A stretch of 64,000 nucleotides of DNA from Chiloscyllium plagiosum (Eukaryota). Below, piece after piece: positions 37,305 through 51,206 of this stretch. The notes below the pieces were generated by a model. It was not told where the DNA came from. It made no database searches and saw only the letters and a program-made list of their open reading frames with translations. The position numbers and the translations under genes were made by a program. Position 1 is the first letter of the stretch. Each line of letters starts with the position of its first letter. The stretch covers positions 11,284,507 to 11,348,506 of the forward strand of contig NC_057719.1 of assembly GCF_004010195.1 (NCBI RefSeq), read 5' to 3'.

Positions 37305-37745
37305 AGCCGTGGCTCAGTGGGTCACACTTTTAACTCTGAATTTAGGAGGTTGGTTCTTGAAGTTCTGTTCCGGAGACTTCCACACACAATCTAATCTGGC
37401 ACTCCAGCGCAGAAATGAGGGACCGCTGCATTGCCAAAGGTGCCAACATTTGCTGGAAACCTTAGACTGAGGCATCTCTGCCTTCTCAAGGGCATAAATG
37501 ATCAAATGTCATGACTTCAAAAGAGAATCAAGTTGCCTGATCACAGTAAATCCTTAATTAACAACAGCAAGAGCAAATTACCTTGTCATTATCATATCGC
37601 TCTTTGTGGGAGTTTGTTGTACCTAAATAGCATGTCACACTTCATAATTTACAAGAATGGCTATGCTTAAAAGAAGCTTCATTGATTGTAAAGCACTCTA
37701 GCAGATTCTGAGGTCATGAAAGACCCTGTAATAATGCAAGCCATT
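37305..37745 (+). mobile_element. Deu-domain SINE
   Basis: AGCCGTGGCTCAGTGGG head, Deu core and TGTAAAGCAC..TGAGGTCATGAAAG..AATGCAAG tail. Confidence 0.75.
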
Positions 37746-38139
37746 CCTGTGTTTGTATGCCCCATACTGTACCAAGGCTTTAAAATCACATGGAACATCA
37801 TATACATTTCCTGTCTTCTTCCAAATCTACAGTCAGTCACTCCCAGCTAGGCATCTCTGAATATTGCATTGTCACATCCCAAAGGATAGTAAAGGATACT
37901 GATGGAGATGGTCCTTTGGTAATGAATGGGACAATGACATTCAGACACAGATGAACAGACCAGTAAGCTAAAGCCGAACATAAATTCTCCCCATCCATTG
38001 CAGTAAGAGCCTCTGTGCACTGACCCTATAGCAATTATCTGTACACCAAGAGATCACTGAGTCGGCCTGATCCACCAGGTCCCTTTCCCAACCTCGTGAC
38101 CTCAAGTCACTCAATTTTTCTGATTAATTTGATTACAAT

Positions 38140-38530
38140 CATGTCAGTTGGTAGCACTCTCAGTCAACTCAGAGTCTTGATGGCAAAAATCTAGGAGTGC
38201 TGTACTGGGGATGTGTTGCACTGCTGGGGTTATTGTATTCCTGATGAAATGCTAAACCAAGGCCTCATCTACTCTCTTAGATCCCATGACACTATAAGAA
38301 AGAAGAGCAGGGGAGTTACTTCGACCATATTTTAGCTTTCAACCAACATCACAAGAGCAAACTATCTTGTTATTATCAAAATCATGTGTGTGGGAGCTTG
38401 CTGTGCACAAACGGTCTGCCTTCTTCGATGTATGATAGCAGCTGCTACATTTTAAAAGTACTGGATTGCCTGCACAGTGCTTTACAATGGTCCTAAGATT
38501 GTGAACTGAGCTATTTAATGCAAGTCTATC
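38140..38530 (+). mobile_element. Deu-domain SINE
   Basis: GATCCCATGACACTAT..GAAGAGCAGGGGAGTT..TGTGGGAGCTTGCTGTGCACAAA..AATGCAAGTCT. Confidence 0.75.
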
Positions 38531-38619
38531 TTTTTGGTCTATTAGAACAAAGATTAAAGAAAATTTACAAGCCTGAGCTGATCCAAATCTACTGTCTAAA
38601 CCTATCGCCCAATTCCGAA

Positions 38620-41420
38620 GCATCTGTATCCCTCTGCTCCCCACCTACTCATGCATTTGTCCAGACGCATCTTGAATGAATCAACCGTGCCTGCCTCTAC
38701 CACCTCTGGCAATGCGTTCCAGCAACCTACCATTCTCTGTGTAAAGTACTTGCCGTGTGTATCCCCCTTAAGCTTTTCACCTCTCACCTTGAAAGCGTGA
38801 CCTCTCGTTATTGGATCCTTCACCTTGGGAAAAAGCTTATCTCTATCTACCCTGTCTATACCCTTAATGATTTTGTAGACCTCAATCAGGTCCCCCCTCA
38901 ATCTCCTTTTTTCTAATGAAAACAATCCTAACCTACTCAACCTCTCTTCATAGCTAGCACCTTCCATACCAGGCAACATCCTAGCATCTTCCATACTACG
39001 CAACATCAGCCTACCTTTCTCTGCACACTCTCCAAAGCGTCCACATCCTTTTGGCAATGTGGCGACCAGAACTGTACACAGCATTCTAAATGCAGCTGAA
39101 CCAATGTCTTGTACAATTTTAACATGACCTGCCAGCTCTTATACTCAATACCCCGTCCAATGAAGGCAAGCATACTATACACCTTCTTGATCACTCTATC
39201 CACCTGTGCAGCAACCTTCGGGGTACAATGGACCTGAACTCCCAGATCTCTCTGCCCATCAACTTTTCCCAAGGCTCTTCCACTTCCTGTATAATTTGCT
39301 CTAGAATTAAACTTCCCAAAATGCATCACCTCACATTTGCCTGGATTGAACTCCATCTGCCACTTCTCCGCCCAACTCTCTAGTCTATCTATATTCTCCT
39401 GTATTCTTTGACAGTTGCCTATGCTTTCTGCTACTCCACTAATCTTCGTGTCATCTGCAAACTTGCTGATCATACCAACAATGTCCTCTTCCAGATCATT
39501 TATGTATATCACAAACAAAAGTGGAACACCACTGGTCACCTTTCTCCATTTCAAGAAACTCCCTTCAACTATTACTCTCTGTCTCCTGTTACTCAACCAG
39601 TTCTTTATCCACCTAGCTAGAACACCCTGCACACCTTGTGACTTCACTTTCTCCATTAGTTTACCATGGGGAATCTTATCAAACGCCTTGCTAAAGTCCA
39701 TGTATGTGACATCTACAGACCTTCCTTCATCTATCAACCTGGTCACTTCCTCAAAGAATTTTGTTAAGTTGGTAAGGCACAATTTCCCCCGCACAAAACC
39801 ATGTTGCCTATCACTGATAAGCCCACCCATTTCCAAATATAAATAGATTTTAATCCCTCAGTACCTTCTCCAGCAACTTTCCAGCCACTGACATCAGGCT
39901 CACTGGTCTGTAGTGACCCGGAATATCCCTACTACCCTTCTTGTACAGGGGGATAATATGAGCAATCCTCCAGTCCTCCAGCACCTCACATGTGTTTAAG
40001 GATGCTACAAAGATATCTGTCAGGGCCCCAGCTATTTCCTCTCTTGCCTCCCTCAGCAACCTGGGATAGATCCCATCTGGTCCTGGGGATTTGTCTACCT
40101 TAATAACCTCCAGCCTACCCAACACATCTCACCTCCTTATGTCAACATGATCCAGTGTAATCAAACTTATATTTCTAACCTCAATATTCATCATGTCCCT
40201 CTCCTCAGTGAACACTGATGCAAAGTATTCATTCAGAATCTCAACCATTCTCTCAGGTTCAACACACAGCCTTCCTTCCTTATCCTGTAGTGGACCAATC
40301 CTTTCTCTAGTTACCCGGTTGCTTCTTATATAAGAATAAAAGGCTTTGAGATTCTCCTTAATTCTGCTCACTAAAGCTATTTCATGACCCCTTTTTGCCC
40401 GCTTGATTCCTTGTTTAAGTTTGGTCCTACTCTCCCGATATTCCTCCAGGACCCATTCTGTTCTTAGCCGCTTGGACCTATGTACGCTTCCCTTTTTCGT
40501 TTGGCTAGTTGTACGATTTCTCCTGTCATCCACAGCTCACAAATCTTGCCTTTCCTATCCTTTGTTTTCAACAGGTCATGCCTATCCTGCACTATCTTTA
40601 ACCTATCTTTGAAAGCCTCCCACATATCAAATGTGGACTTCCCTCCAAATAGCTGTGTCAAATTTATACTTCCCAGCTCCTGCCTAATTTTGATATAATT
40701 GGCCTTGGCCCAGTTTAATACTCTTCCCTTAGGACCACTCTCAGCTTTGTCTATGAGTATTCTAAAACTTACAGAATTGTGGTCACTGTTCCAAAGAAAT
40801 CCCCCATCGTAACTTCTACCACCTGGCCTAGCTCATTCCCCAATACCAGGTCCAATATGGCCCCTTCCCTCATCAGACTATTGACATACTGCCCTAAAAA
40901 GCTTTTCTGAAGGATCCTTAGAAATTCTGCCCCGTCCAGACCTCTGACACTAACTGTATCCCAGTCAATGTTGGGAAAATTAAAATCTTCCATCACCACC
41001 ATCCTGTTGTCTCTACATCTTTCCATAATCTGTTTACCTACTTGTTCTTCTATCTCACGCTCACTGTTGGGAGGTCTGTAATACAGCCCCAACAATGTAA
41101 CTGCACCCTTCTTATTTCTCAGCTCCACCCATAATGTCTCACTACTCAAACCCTCCATAGTGTCCTCCTATAACACAGCTGTGATATCATCCCTGACCAG
41201 TAATGCAACTCCTCCCCCCTTTTACTTTCCTCCCTGTCCTGCCTGAAGTGTCTATATCCTGGGACATTTAGATGCCAATCATGCCCTTCCTTCAACCAAG
41301 TCTCTGTGATTAGAATAACGTCATACTCCCAGGCACCAATCCAAGCCCAAGGTTCATCTGCCTTACATACTATACTCCTTGCATTAAAGTATATGCACTT
41401 CAGGCCATCAGTTCTTTTGC
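38620..41420 (-). pseudogene. CR1 ORF2 (APE endonuclease + reverse transcriptase), frameshifted
   Basis: KCIYFNARSI..ITETWL, YYRPPN, EDFNFPNIDW, KSPGPDGIYPR, QHGFVRGKLCLTNL, YMDFSKAFDKIPH and SKFADDTKI, split over about 7 ORF pieces. Confidence 0.92.
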
Positions 41421-41544
41421 GTTCATCTGCTCTGTGCCTACTCTTTCCTTTATTAATGCTAACTTCATGATTCTTACAGTCTCCAATTTCCACCTCGCTG
41501 TCTACTTGTCTTCTCTTCTGGTTCCCAGCCCCCTGCCACATTAG

Positions 41545-42370
41545 TTTAAAATCTCCCCAACAGCGGTAGCAAAAACTAGCCCAAGGACATTAGTTCCAGT
41601 CTGGTTCAGGTGTTGACCGTCCAATTTATAATAGTCCCACCTTCCCCAGAACCGCTTCCAATGAAACCCACCCTCCTACACCATCCCTCAAGTCACATGT
41701 TCATCCTGCCTATTCCTTCATTTCTACGCTGGCTAGCATGTGGCACTGGTAGTAATCCCGAGATCACTACCTTTGAGGTCCTCCTTTTTAACTTCTCTCC
41801 TCGCTCCCCGAGTTCTGCTTTCAGGCCCTCATCTCATATTTTACTTGTATCATTGTGCCTATATGCACCATGACAACTGGCTGTTCACCCTCCCCTTTTA
41901 GAATGTTCTGCAGTTGATTGGTGACATCCCCGACCCAAGCATCTGGGAGGCAACATACCATCTAGGAGTCTCGTTTTCGGCCACAGAACCACCTATCTAC
42001 TCCCTTTACAATGGAATCCCCTATGACTATGGCCCTACGAGTCTATTTACAGCCCTTCTGAACAGCAGTGCCCGCCACGGTGCTATGATCTTGGCAACTG
42101 CTGTCCTCCCCTGGTGAGCCATATCCTCCAACAGTATCCAATACGGTATACCTGTTTTAGAGGGAGATGACCAGGGGACACATGCACTGCCTTCCTACTC
42201 TTTTTCTGCCTTTTGGTCAGTCATTCACCATCTCCCTCAGCATCTCTAACCTGCAGTGTGACCAGTTCATGACCTCCTCATCATCGCAGATGCTCCACAG
42301 TGAGTCCATCCGCAGCTCCAGAGCCGACATGTGGTCAAACAAGAGCTGCAGCTGGACACACTTCTTGCAA
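41545..42370 (-). pseudogene. CR1 ORF1 remnant (Cys motif/zipper + SGNH/GDSL esterase)
   Basis: Minus strand reads CKKCVQLQLL..LELRMDSL, AIVIGDSIVKGVDRWFCG..MVCCLPDA and DGQHLNQTGTNVL, with stops. Confidence 0.8.
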
Positions 42371-42454
42371 GGGTTGGGATATCTGGTCGGCATGGACAGG
42401 TTGGACTGAAGGGTATGTTTCCATGCTGTACATCTCTATGGCTCTATGACTCTA
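42371..42454 (+). mobile_element. 84-bp CR1 3' UTR tail
   Basis: Near-identical to 19684-19765. Confidence 0.85.
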
Positions 42455-42741
42455 AGTGTAAGAGTCAGGAACATCAGCCGTGACCCTGAACTCCCACAGG
42501 GAGTACCTTGTTACAAAAAATACTGAATTTCTGATTAACTAGGGAGGGATGGAGGGAAGGGATGAGGAGAGGAAACAAACTACTGCCCAACCTGAGCTTT
42601 TTACCATTTAGCTTTCCATTCATCCCTGATGATCAAAGGAATGCATCATTCATCCAATGAAACCCAACCAAATGTGAATTGGGCATCAAAGTAATTAATG
42701 CCATTACCGTAAATGACCTCCGCTTTGATGACACTAGATGA

Positions 42742-44380
42742 CATAGAACATAGAACAGTACAGCACAGTACAGGTCCTCTGGCCCTCGATGTTGTGCCGA
42801 CCTTTTTATCTTCCTCCAAGATAAAACTAACCTAAATACCCTTCATTGTGCTATCTTCCGTATGTCTATCCAATAGCCGCTTAAATTCCCCTAATATATC
42901 TGACTCTATTACCACAGCTGGCAGTGCATTCCATATACCCACCACTCTCTGTGTAAAAAACTTACCTCTGACACCTCCCCTAAACTTTACTCCAATCACC
43001 TTATAATTATGTCCCCGCGTGTTAGCCAATTCCGCCCTGGGAAAATGTCTCTGGCTATCCACTCTATCTATGCCTCTCCTCATCTTGTTGACCGCTACCA
43101 AGTCATCTCTCATCCTTCTTTGCTCCAATTACAAAAGTCTTAGCTCCCTCAACCTTTCTTCATAAGACATTCCCTCCAGCCCAGACAGAATCCTGGTAAA
43201 TCTCCTCTGCACCCTCTCTAAAGTTCCATCTCCTTCCATAATAAGGCAACCAGAACTGAACACAATATTCCAAGTGTGGTTTTACCAGGGCTCCACAGAG
43301 CTGCAGCATAACCTCACAGCTCTCAAACTCAATCCCACTGCTAATGAAAGCCAACACACAGTAAGGCTCTGGGTGTGTTGCTGAACAAAGAGACCTGGAA
43401 GTGGAGTCGCAGGTAGATAGCATAGTGAAGAAAGTGTTTAATAGGCTTTCCTTTATTGCTAAGTGCACTGAGTATAGGAGTTGAAAGGTCATGTTACGGC
43501 TGTACAGGACATTGGATCATCCACTTCTGGAATATTGCGTGCAATTCTGGTCTCCCTGCTATCGGAGGGATGTTGTGAAACTTGAAAGGGTTCCGAAAAG
43601 ATTTACAACAATGTTGCCAGGGTTGGAGGATTTGAGCTACAGGAAAAAGCTAAATTGGCTGGGGCTGTTTTCCCTGGAGCATCGGAGGCTGAGGGGTGAC
43701 CTTATAGAGGTTTATAAAATGATGAGGAGCATGGATAGGGTAAATAGACAAGGTCTTTTCCCTGGGGTGGCTGAGTCCAGAACTAGAGGGCATAGGTCTA
43801 AGGTAAGAGTCGAAAAATTTAAAAGGGACCGAAGGGGCAACATTTTCACGCTAAGAGGGTGGTATGTATACGGAATGAGCTGCCAGAGGAATTGTTGTAG
43901 GCTAGTACAATTACAAAATTGAAAAGGCATCTGGATAGGTATATGAATAGAAAGGATTTGGATGGATATGGGCCAAGTGCTGGCAAATGGGACTAGATTA
44001 GGTTAGGATACCTGGTCGGCATGGACGAGTTGGACCGAAGGGTCTGTTTCAGTGCTGTACATCTCTATGACTCTATGATACCATACACCTTCTTAACAAC
44101 TCTATCAACTTGGGTGGCAACTTTGAGGGATCTATGGACATGGACCCCAATATTCCTCTGTTCCTCTTCACTGCTAAGAACCCTGGCTTTAACCCTGTAT
44201 TCTGCATTCAAACTCGACCTTGAAAAATGAATCATTTCACACTTTTCCAGGTTGAACTCCATTTGCCACTTATCAGCCCAGCTCTGCATCCTGTCGATGT
44301 CCCATTGCACCCTACAACAGCCCTTCACACTATCCACCATTCCATCAACCTTTGAGTCATCGGCAAACTTACTAACTGAC
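42742..44380 (-). mobile_element. CR1 fragment split by an opposite-strand CR1
   Basis: Pieces 42742-43362 and 44079-44380 are colinear ([25 protein letters not shown]). Confidence 0.88.
43363..44078 (+). mobile_element. CR1 3' fragment nested in CR1
   Basis: [41 protein letters not shown] tail. Confidence 0.92.
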
Positions 44381-44595
44381 ATATACATTGAAGCACTCAC
44401 TATTAGGAATAAAGCTGAAGAAAGATTTCATCGTTGGGAGTGGGTTGGGGGAAGGGTGTGGAAAAGACTAGTTGACCTGAAGTAAGTGCAACAAACCCAA
44501 ATTTGTTTCAATAGTTGTGAAGCAATATTTTCATAGGTATTTTCACAGAACATTAGATAGCATGGAACAAGTTATTCCAACTCATTTTATCAACA

Positions 44596-44680
44596 AGGTA
44601 AAAACAATGACTGCAGATGCTGGAAACCAGATTCTGGATTAGTGGTGCTGAAAGAGCACAGCAGTTCAGGCAGCATCCAA
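44596..44680 (-). mobile_element. PLE family A tail (no HHR core)
   Basis: Reverse complement nearly identical to 9894-9974. Confidence 0.8.
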
Positions 44681-45046
44681 ATACCCACAGTCTATAATCA
44701 ATCATTCTGAGCAATTGACTTACTTTCCTGAGATGAGGTCCTGGACTGTCTCTGATCCCAAAAACTAATCAAGCAAAACACCTCCGCCGCCCCCAAGCTG
44801 TGTTAGAAGGACTCTTGCTTGCCGGCTGTGGCTCCTTCAACTACTGGATTCCCTGCATTCTGGAAAACCAAGACTGCATAGGAGAGTCACATAATCCTTA
44901 CAGTGTGGAATCAGGCCATTTGGTCCACAGAGTCACAAGGTTAAGCAAAACTCAACAATGATTCACGCATTTCATATAAACACTTTCTCACAAGACATCA
45001 TCACCCAGTTCCCAAAAGTACAGAGTCACTGGAGGATCTTCTACAC

Positions 45047-46104
45047 TGTCATGGAACAGATCAGACCCCCTCAAAATATATTAACAAGATAGTCTCGACC
45101 CTAACTTTTTCTTATTTTAAAGGTAAGTGTAAGGTGTTATGTTCCAGATGCAATTCGATTAGTTAAACTACCGCTTGAAACAAAACACTATAATTAAAAT
45201 ACAGACAAAATAAAAAAGAAAAGAATTGGATTAACTGTAACTCTATCAAAATGCTTACCAAAATAATATATATTAACTACTACTATTTAATTCACAGAGT
45301 CATAGAGATGTACATCACGGAAACTGACCCTTCGGTCCAACTCGTCCACGCTGAGCAGATATGCTAACCTAATCTAGTCCCATTTGCCAGCACTTGGCCT
45401 ATATCCCACTAAACCCTTCCTATTCATATGTCCATCCAGATGCCTTTTAAATGGTGCAATTGTATCACCCTCCACCACTTCCTCTGGCAGCTCATTCCAT
45501 ACATGCACCACCCTCTGTGTTAAACAATTGCCCTTTAGGTCCCTTTTATATCTTTCTCCTCTCACCCTAAACCTATGCCCTCTAGTTCTGGACTCCCCCA
45601 CATCAGGGAAAAGACCTTGCCTATTTACCCTATCCATGCCACTCATGATTTTATAAACCTCTATAAGGTCACCCCTCAGCCTCCGTCACTCCAGGGAAAA
45701 CAGCCCCAGCCTATTCACCCTCTCCCTGTTCCAATATAGTAACATCCTATAATCACACACTTGGCAAAGGCAAATTCGGTAAAATAGATTGCCTCACATG
45801 CAATTCTAGCAACAGGAAGAGAACTCCAGCTTTTACCTGTAACTGAAAGGAGAATAAGAGCTTCCACATCCAGCTTCAAGTTCCCAGAAGTTGCAGAAAG
45901 CTAAAACTAAAAACTCTGGTCCTCTGGGAGCTTGACACCCCACCCACTCAGGCTGCTTCTATTGTTCCAGCTTTAAAAAAAAACAAGGCCTCAAAAGTTG
46001 TTTACTTTATTGGCTTTGAAGCAGACTGCTTATCACCTCTGTCTCAACTGTTCTTTATGAAAAAAAGGACAAAATACATCTTTTAAAGCCATAGAATTGT
46101 CACA
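45047..46104. mobile_element. Solo LTR (Gypsy-like) with nested CR1
   Basis: TGTCA...TGTCACA termini, 4-bp TSD ACAC/GCAC; homologous to 61322-61967. Confidence 0.75.
45295..45726 (-). mobile_element. CR1 3' fragment
   Basis: MDRVNRQGLFP..TRGHRFRVRGERYKRDL..WNELPEEVV. Confidence 0.92.
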
Positions 46105-46870
46105 GCACACCACAGTTCATTCTCTCCCATGACTGAGGTTAGGGGTTGGGGGGGGGGGAGGGGGAGGTGAAATAGTTAAATCAATTAAAATGTGACATAA
46201 TCCCTGACCCAATGCAAGCATGCCTACTTCTGGTTTAACAGCAGTGGGGTTAGTGGTTTGATGAGTGACTTGAGTGGCACAGCTGAGTTCATAATATTAA
46301 AATGAAATCACATCCCTCAGATTTTGGGTTTTTTTTGTATTTAAATGCCACTGGTCTGCTTTCCAGACCATAAGAATTCCAATAGCTAAAGGGATAATTT
46401 GTCCCCCATCTGAACGTTATGGAGTGACTTTTCTTTTGAAGATGACAATCTACAAGCTTTTGTGGTTAATTTTTCCTGATGTCAAGCTTACAAATCATTC
46501 CTGACTGGTAAAGCCAGAAAACCAAGGGAATGGCATTGATTTACAGAGCCCAGACGCACGTTAAAGATCCAAATAAACCCTATAGTGGGCTGACGTGAAT
46601 CAGCTTTCATTGCCCAGTATGTGTTCACATTCAACACTAACCAGCCCTAACAATTCAACAGTGATTTCCCACTGCGTCCCAACAGAAAAACTGTAAAGGG
46701 TGATAACTGCAGAGGGATGTACGGACAGCTCTGTGAGGCATGCAGATAAATGAATTCAGGTAGTTTAAATTAAAGATATGACATTTCTCAGCTATTAGTA
46801 TCTGCTGCACAGGCACCCAACAAGCAGAAATAATGGGGGCCCTTAGTGGTAACCACAACTACATTACATT

Positions 46871-47070
46871 CTCAAAATTAAACAAGGTATTGTGGATGCT
46901 GGAGAGCTGAAACACAAAAACAGAAATTGTTGGAGAACCGCAGGTCTGACAGCATCTGGGGAATAGAGAAACAGAGATAATGTTTCAAAATGTTAAGTCT
47001 TCTTTTTTTCTTTCCACACGTGCTACCAGGCCTGCTGAGTTTCTCCAGCAATTTCTGTTTGTGTGAGAGC
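46871..47070. mobile_element. PLE-derived fold-back insertion (family B), decayed
   Basis: AAACAGAAATTGTTGGAGAA / TTCTCCAGCAATTTCTGTTT arms; possible 7-bp TSD TTACATT at 46864-70 and 47071-77. Confidence 0.75.
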
Positions 47071-50000
47071 TTACATTGTTCACCTCTTGCCCTCTTCCCA
47101 TTCCCACCTTCCAGGTTCATTCCATCCTCCCACAGTCTAAAGGACTTTAATACCCAAACAGGTCTTCACCAAACCCCTAATTTAGAATTTACTCTCATTT
47201 TTTCTTACTACCCTCTTCAACCTGCTGACCCTACATTCTATTACTCCCATTCCAAACAGATTACAGTAATATTGAAACATTGTTATGTTTTGAATGCTGG
47301 AGTTTGTCCAACTAACTGCAGGCCCCTTTCAAACCCCATACAATAATGGTAAGTCTTGAGCAATTATGCTTCAGCTCATTGGTTGAAAATAGATTTAATA
47401 GGACTATAGAAAGATCCAAAACATCGTTGTTCAGTCCATTTGGACTCGTGGATTTATTTGGAATGTACATTTTACCTTAAAGCAGAGAATAAGGTGCTCT
47501 GCCTTCAAACAAATTTGAATTGAGAGGACAGGTGACCTCTTCTCCTTTTGTGAATTACACTGAAATAGGCAAGGCCTAGAAATGAGCCTGGCATGGCTGG
47601 ACAAGACATTAAAATAAAAACAACCTTCAGTGAGAAGCCATTAAAATGCAACAGAACATTCCTGTTAGATAATGGCTGCCCTTTTTCAAATAATTGCATA
47701 AACTAATTCACAATTGACCTGCAGACTTCTTGGCTCTGAAATATAATTCCAAAGAACACAGCTTTTCACACCCATCCCATGACGAAACATATAAATGGGT
47801 GGAACTCAAGAACCATTATGCATCAACAGAAACCACTGTGAGAACAATGAAAAACAAACACTATGTTCATTTGACAGAAATCAGGTTTTCTTTCAGGAAA
47901 ATTTAATTAGACGAAGCTGGGAGAGAAACAGATCTAGAATAGCAGAGGAACAGGACCTTGGCCTAAGGTTAATCAAAAAAGCAGAGAATTCAGTTGGCCT
48001 TTCATCTACCTGAGAAAAAAATTCAAATTTTCACTACAGGGTTTTGACTATACCTTCACTAGAGTGAAGTCAAAAAGAAACCTGCTACTGCAAGCAGTAA
48101 ACTACTGCAAATCTAACTTCATAAACCTCCAGCCTCTATTTCTACTGTGAATCAACATTTCCTGAATTCTAGTACCCTATCACAAACCTTAGCTATTATC
48201 TTAACATGTGTTAACATGAGATTTACAGCTTTATTTGGTGCCCAAAATGTTGTGCAATTTAATGCTGCTTTCAAGCAGCACAAGTGCATTGAGAAAACAA
48301 ACCAGGGACCTCAAATAGACTGTTCTCATTTTATGTACTCACCAAGTGAAATAGCCATTACTTTTGACATACAAGTCTGCATTTGTAAAATGTCTTTGAT
48401 CCATAAAAATCTCTCTGTATGTGACTCTAATCAACCCAATCACCCATTCAAAAATTCATCCCTTCCTGCAATGCATTGTGTCATTTTCATAATCTCTCCT
48501 CACATAGTTTTTGTATGAGGTTGAATGCCAAATCACTACCGCTGCTGCTGCTTGGAGCTGATGTTAGGTCATCTGCTGCCAGGCTGCGTCACACTCATCA
48601 GTTTTGCGCCACCCTCAGACATGCATTGCAGCTCAGCAGCTCCGTGACATCTGTCATCCAACTACACCTAGGTCAACCCCTCTTTCAGCTGTCTTTCACA
48701 CTCGAGGAAGCTTCTGTAGTTTTTCAGTTCTGACCAAAAGGCCAAAATACTGACATTTTATTTTTTAAATTTCCCTTAGAATTATTGAGGTTCATAGCAC
48801 GGAATAAAGATCCTTCAGCCCATCCAGTCTGCACTGGTCGAAGTGTTTAAGACTTATTTTTACTCTTGTATTTTCAAGGACATCTCCATTTGTCTTGTAT
48901 ATTTTTATCAAGCGTCTCAGCATCCCCATTTGAAAGACCTCTATTTTCTTCCACGGATGTTTACTTAGTTTCTAAGCTTTACTGCCACAGCATTAGGAAA
49001 TGTTAATCTGTCAATCTCCCTCCTTCTCTGAACTGTAGCCATCAACCTCTTGCCTTTACCTGAAACACAACTTCAACTATAGCTCTTCTTCCTCTTAAAC
49101 GTGTCATCTCTCTAACTTGCGCCTCTTGTTCTTTGCCTGAGTTCCCATTTCCCATACACACTTCCTCCTATTTACACTACCTTATCACAATCCCAGGGTC
49201 AACTGTGCTCAATGGGTAGTTGGAATCAGCCAGTCACTGGTTCAAATCCCACTCCAGCAATTTGAGCATAAGATTTGGAAGCTGGGACTCGCAATGGGAT
49301 TAAAGGATAAAGAACTGGAGTTTACAGTTCCTGGTGAAGAAGAATTAGAGCAGGAGACCAAATGATGTGGCTGGATTTCACCACTGGGAGGAGGAAGTGT
49401 GTGAAGAGTGGATTATATATTTTTCTACCTTACAAAGTAATCAGACACCAAATAACTTGAACAATTTTAATTAAAATTGGTCAATTTTGAGAGAGGCTGG
49501 ATGCTTGTATAAAGAAACTGGACAGATCTTTTATTGACAGAATCAATAAGCAGCATTACCTCAAGGCGTATGATACATGATTATTTGGCAGAATAAATTG
49601 GGAAGCTCTGAAATGTCAGAGTACCACATTTCAGATGTGATGTTAGTCCAAGACACCTGCACCTAGGATTAAAAGGTGCTATGTGTGTCAGGTTTCCTAG
49701 AATATGGCATGAACCACAGTTCAAAAGTACTTGATTATTGCCTGTAAAACACTTTGATACATCCTGAGTTGGTGCAAAGCACCATCTATCAAGACATCCA
49801 CATTGTCTTGAAATCAAGACAAATCACACAAACTCCTTCCCATTGTATAAGATAATTCAGCTGAAAGGGTTAACCTGGAACCTTTGAAATCGCTCCATCC
49901 ACTGACATATAAATGGGTGTCTCAGGGCGAAGCTAACCAATTTGTTGTTAGTCAGTTCAAAAGCCTACAGTGTGGTAGCAAGGCCTGGGTTACAATCTCT

Positions 50001-51206
50001 TGAGACAACAATATCTCTTATTCAGTGTTTGTGTAGTTAACTGGACTTAAGTTAATGTGTCGTTCTGTCTTGCAATTATGTAATAATTTCTTGTTACTCA
50101 AGAATGTGCCGTCTCTGCTTATCTTTCACCACTTAATGCTAGCAAACTCCGCAGACTAGTATTCCCAGAAGGATTGGTAAGCTACTCAAACAAAGTCTTA
50201 AGCAGAACCAAGTGCCAACTGCAGGAATCATTTACAATACTTTCCCCTGACTGTAGAGTCTCTGCCTCCATCATCACTCCACTCTACAGCTTTGTAACTC
50301 AACCTTGTTGCATTGTAATCGCTTGCACCCAAGTCTATCCCTTTTTCTGACATTCTTTCCAATCTTGAGAATCTTCAAGCATTCTAAACATGGGATTGTT
50401 GTTCTACATAAATAAATAAGTTTTTTTTTATTTCAGTGGACGATTAACAACCTCTACATGAAAATTTGCAGTACAAATCAGTGCCACAGTGTACCTATTC
50501 ACTCAGCAAGGAAAACATGAGTTCCCTGCAGGCCACTGACAAAGAATTGTGTTCACTGGTCGCGTAGCAAAGTGCTGAATGTTGTGTTTTTGCAGCGAAG
50601 GCACAGCAGTGCTAGAGTGAGCAGCACACACTGTGCTATTGTTGTGGGGAATCAATATATCATCAGCAACCATCAAACAGAAGGGGGCTGAAGCCACGGA
50701 GGTGATGCACAGCGACAGCAAGCAGACAGCCAGGTTTCTGATAACCATGGTGTAAGAATGGATGCTCCGAGACCCACATTTCACACACCCTACCTGTGCT
50801 CAAAGCCCTTTTTGTTAATTGTGTTGGAAACATTTTGCTTCTTTGGAAGATGCAGAAGCTTTAAAAAGGGGTTGCATGTTCATATAAACAAAAAAAAATT
50901 GGCAATATTTTATTGGTAAAACACAACTAAAAGCAGCATCCCCACAAGGAATGTGGTGCACGGTATTATCTCCAGCAAACGCTGAAGGATTTCTTGTGCA
51001 TTGTTAAATAGATACCATACCATAGACAGAATGTAATGCCCTCGCCCATGACAGGTTTGGTGGCTGTTAGGCATATAACCAGGCCCCTAATTGGCCAGTA
51101 GATTTCATTTTTCCACCCCAAGAGTCCTTCATCCAAAGGAAAGACCCCGTTAAGTGCCTAATTGCCTCTTAATGTTGTAGGCCTTCCCAAAACTAAGATT
51201 ACAGTG

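Larger units (their letters stand above)
38585..42370 (-). mobile_element. Near full-length CR1 LINE (~3.8 kb), decayed
   Basis: Colinear ORF1 remnant, APE endonuclease, RT, C-terminal tail and 3' UTR, all on the minus strand. Confidence 0.95.

Noticed and set aside
39006..39836. 276-aa RT ORF as a functional or domesticated gene
   Set aside because: The QGSVLG motif is deleted (TSGVPLLF) and the flanking ORF2 is frameshifted; this is a dead CR1.
50503..50784. 93-aa ORF with signal-peptide-like start, and a plus-strand exon after TTTTTGCAG (50596)
   Set aside because: No recognisable homology, and the plus-strand candidate has stops in all three frames.
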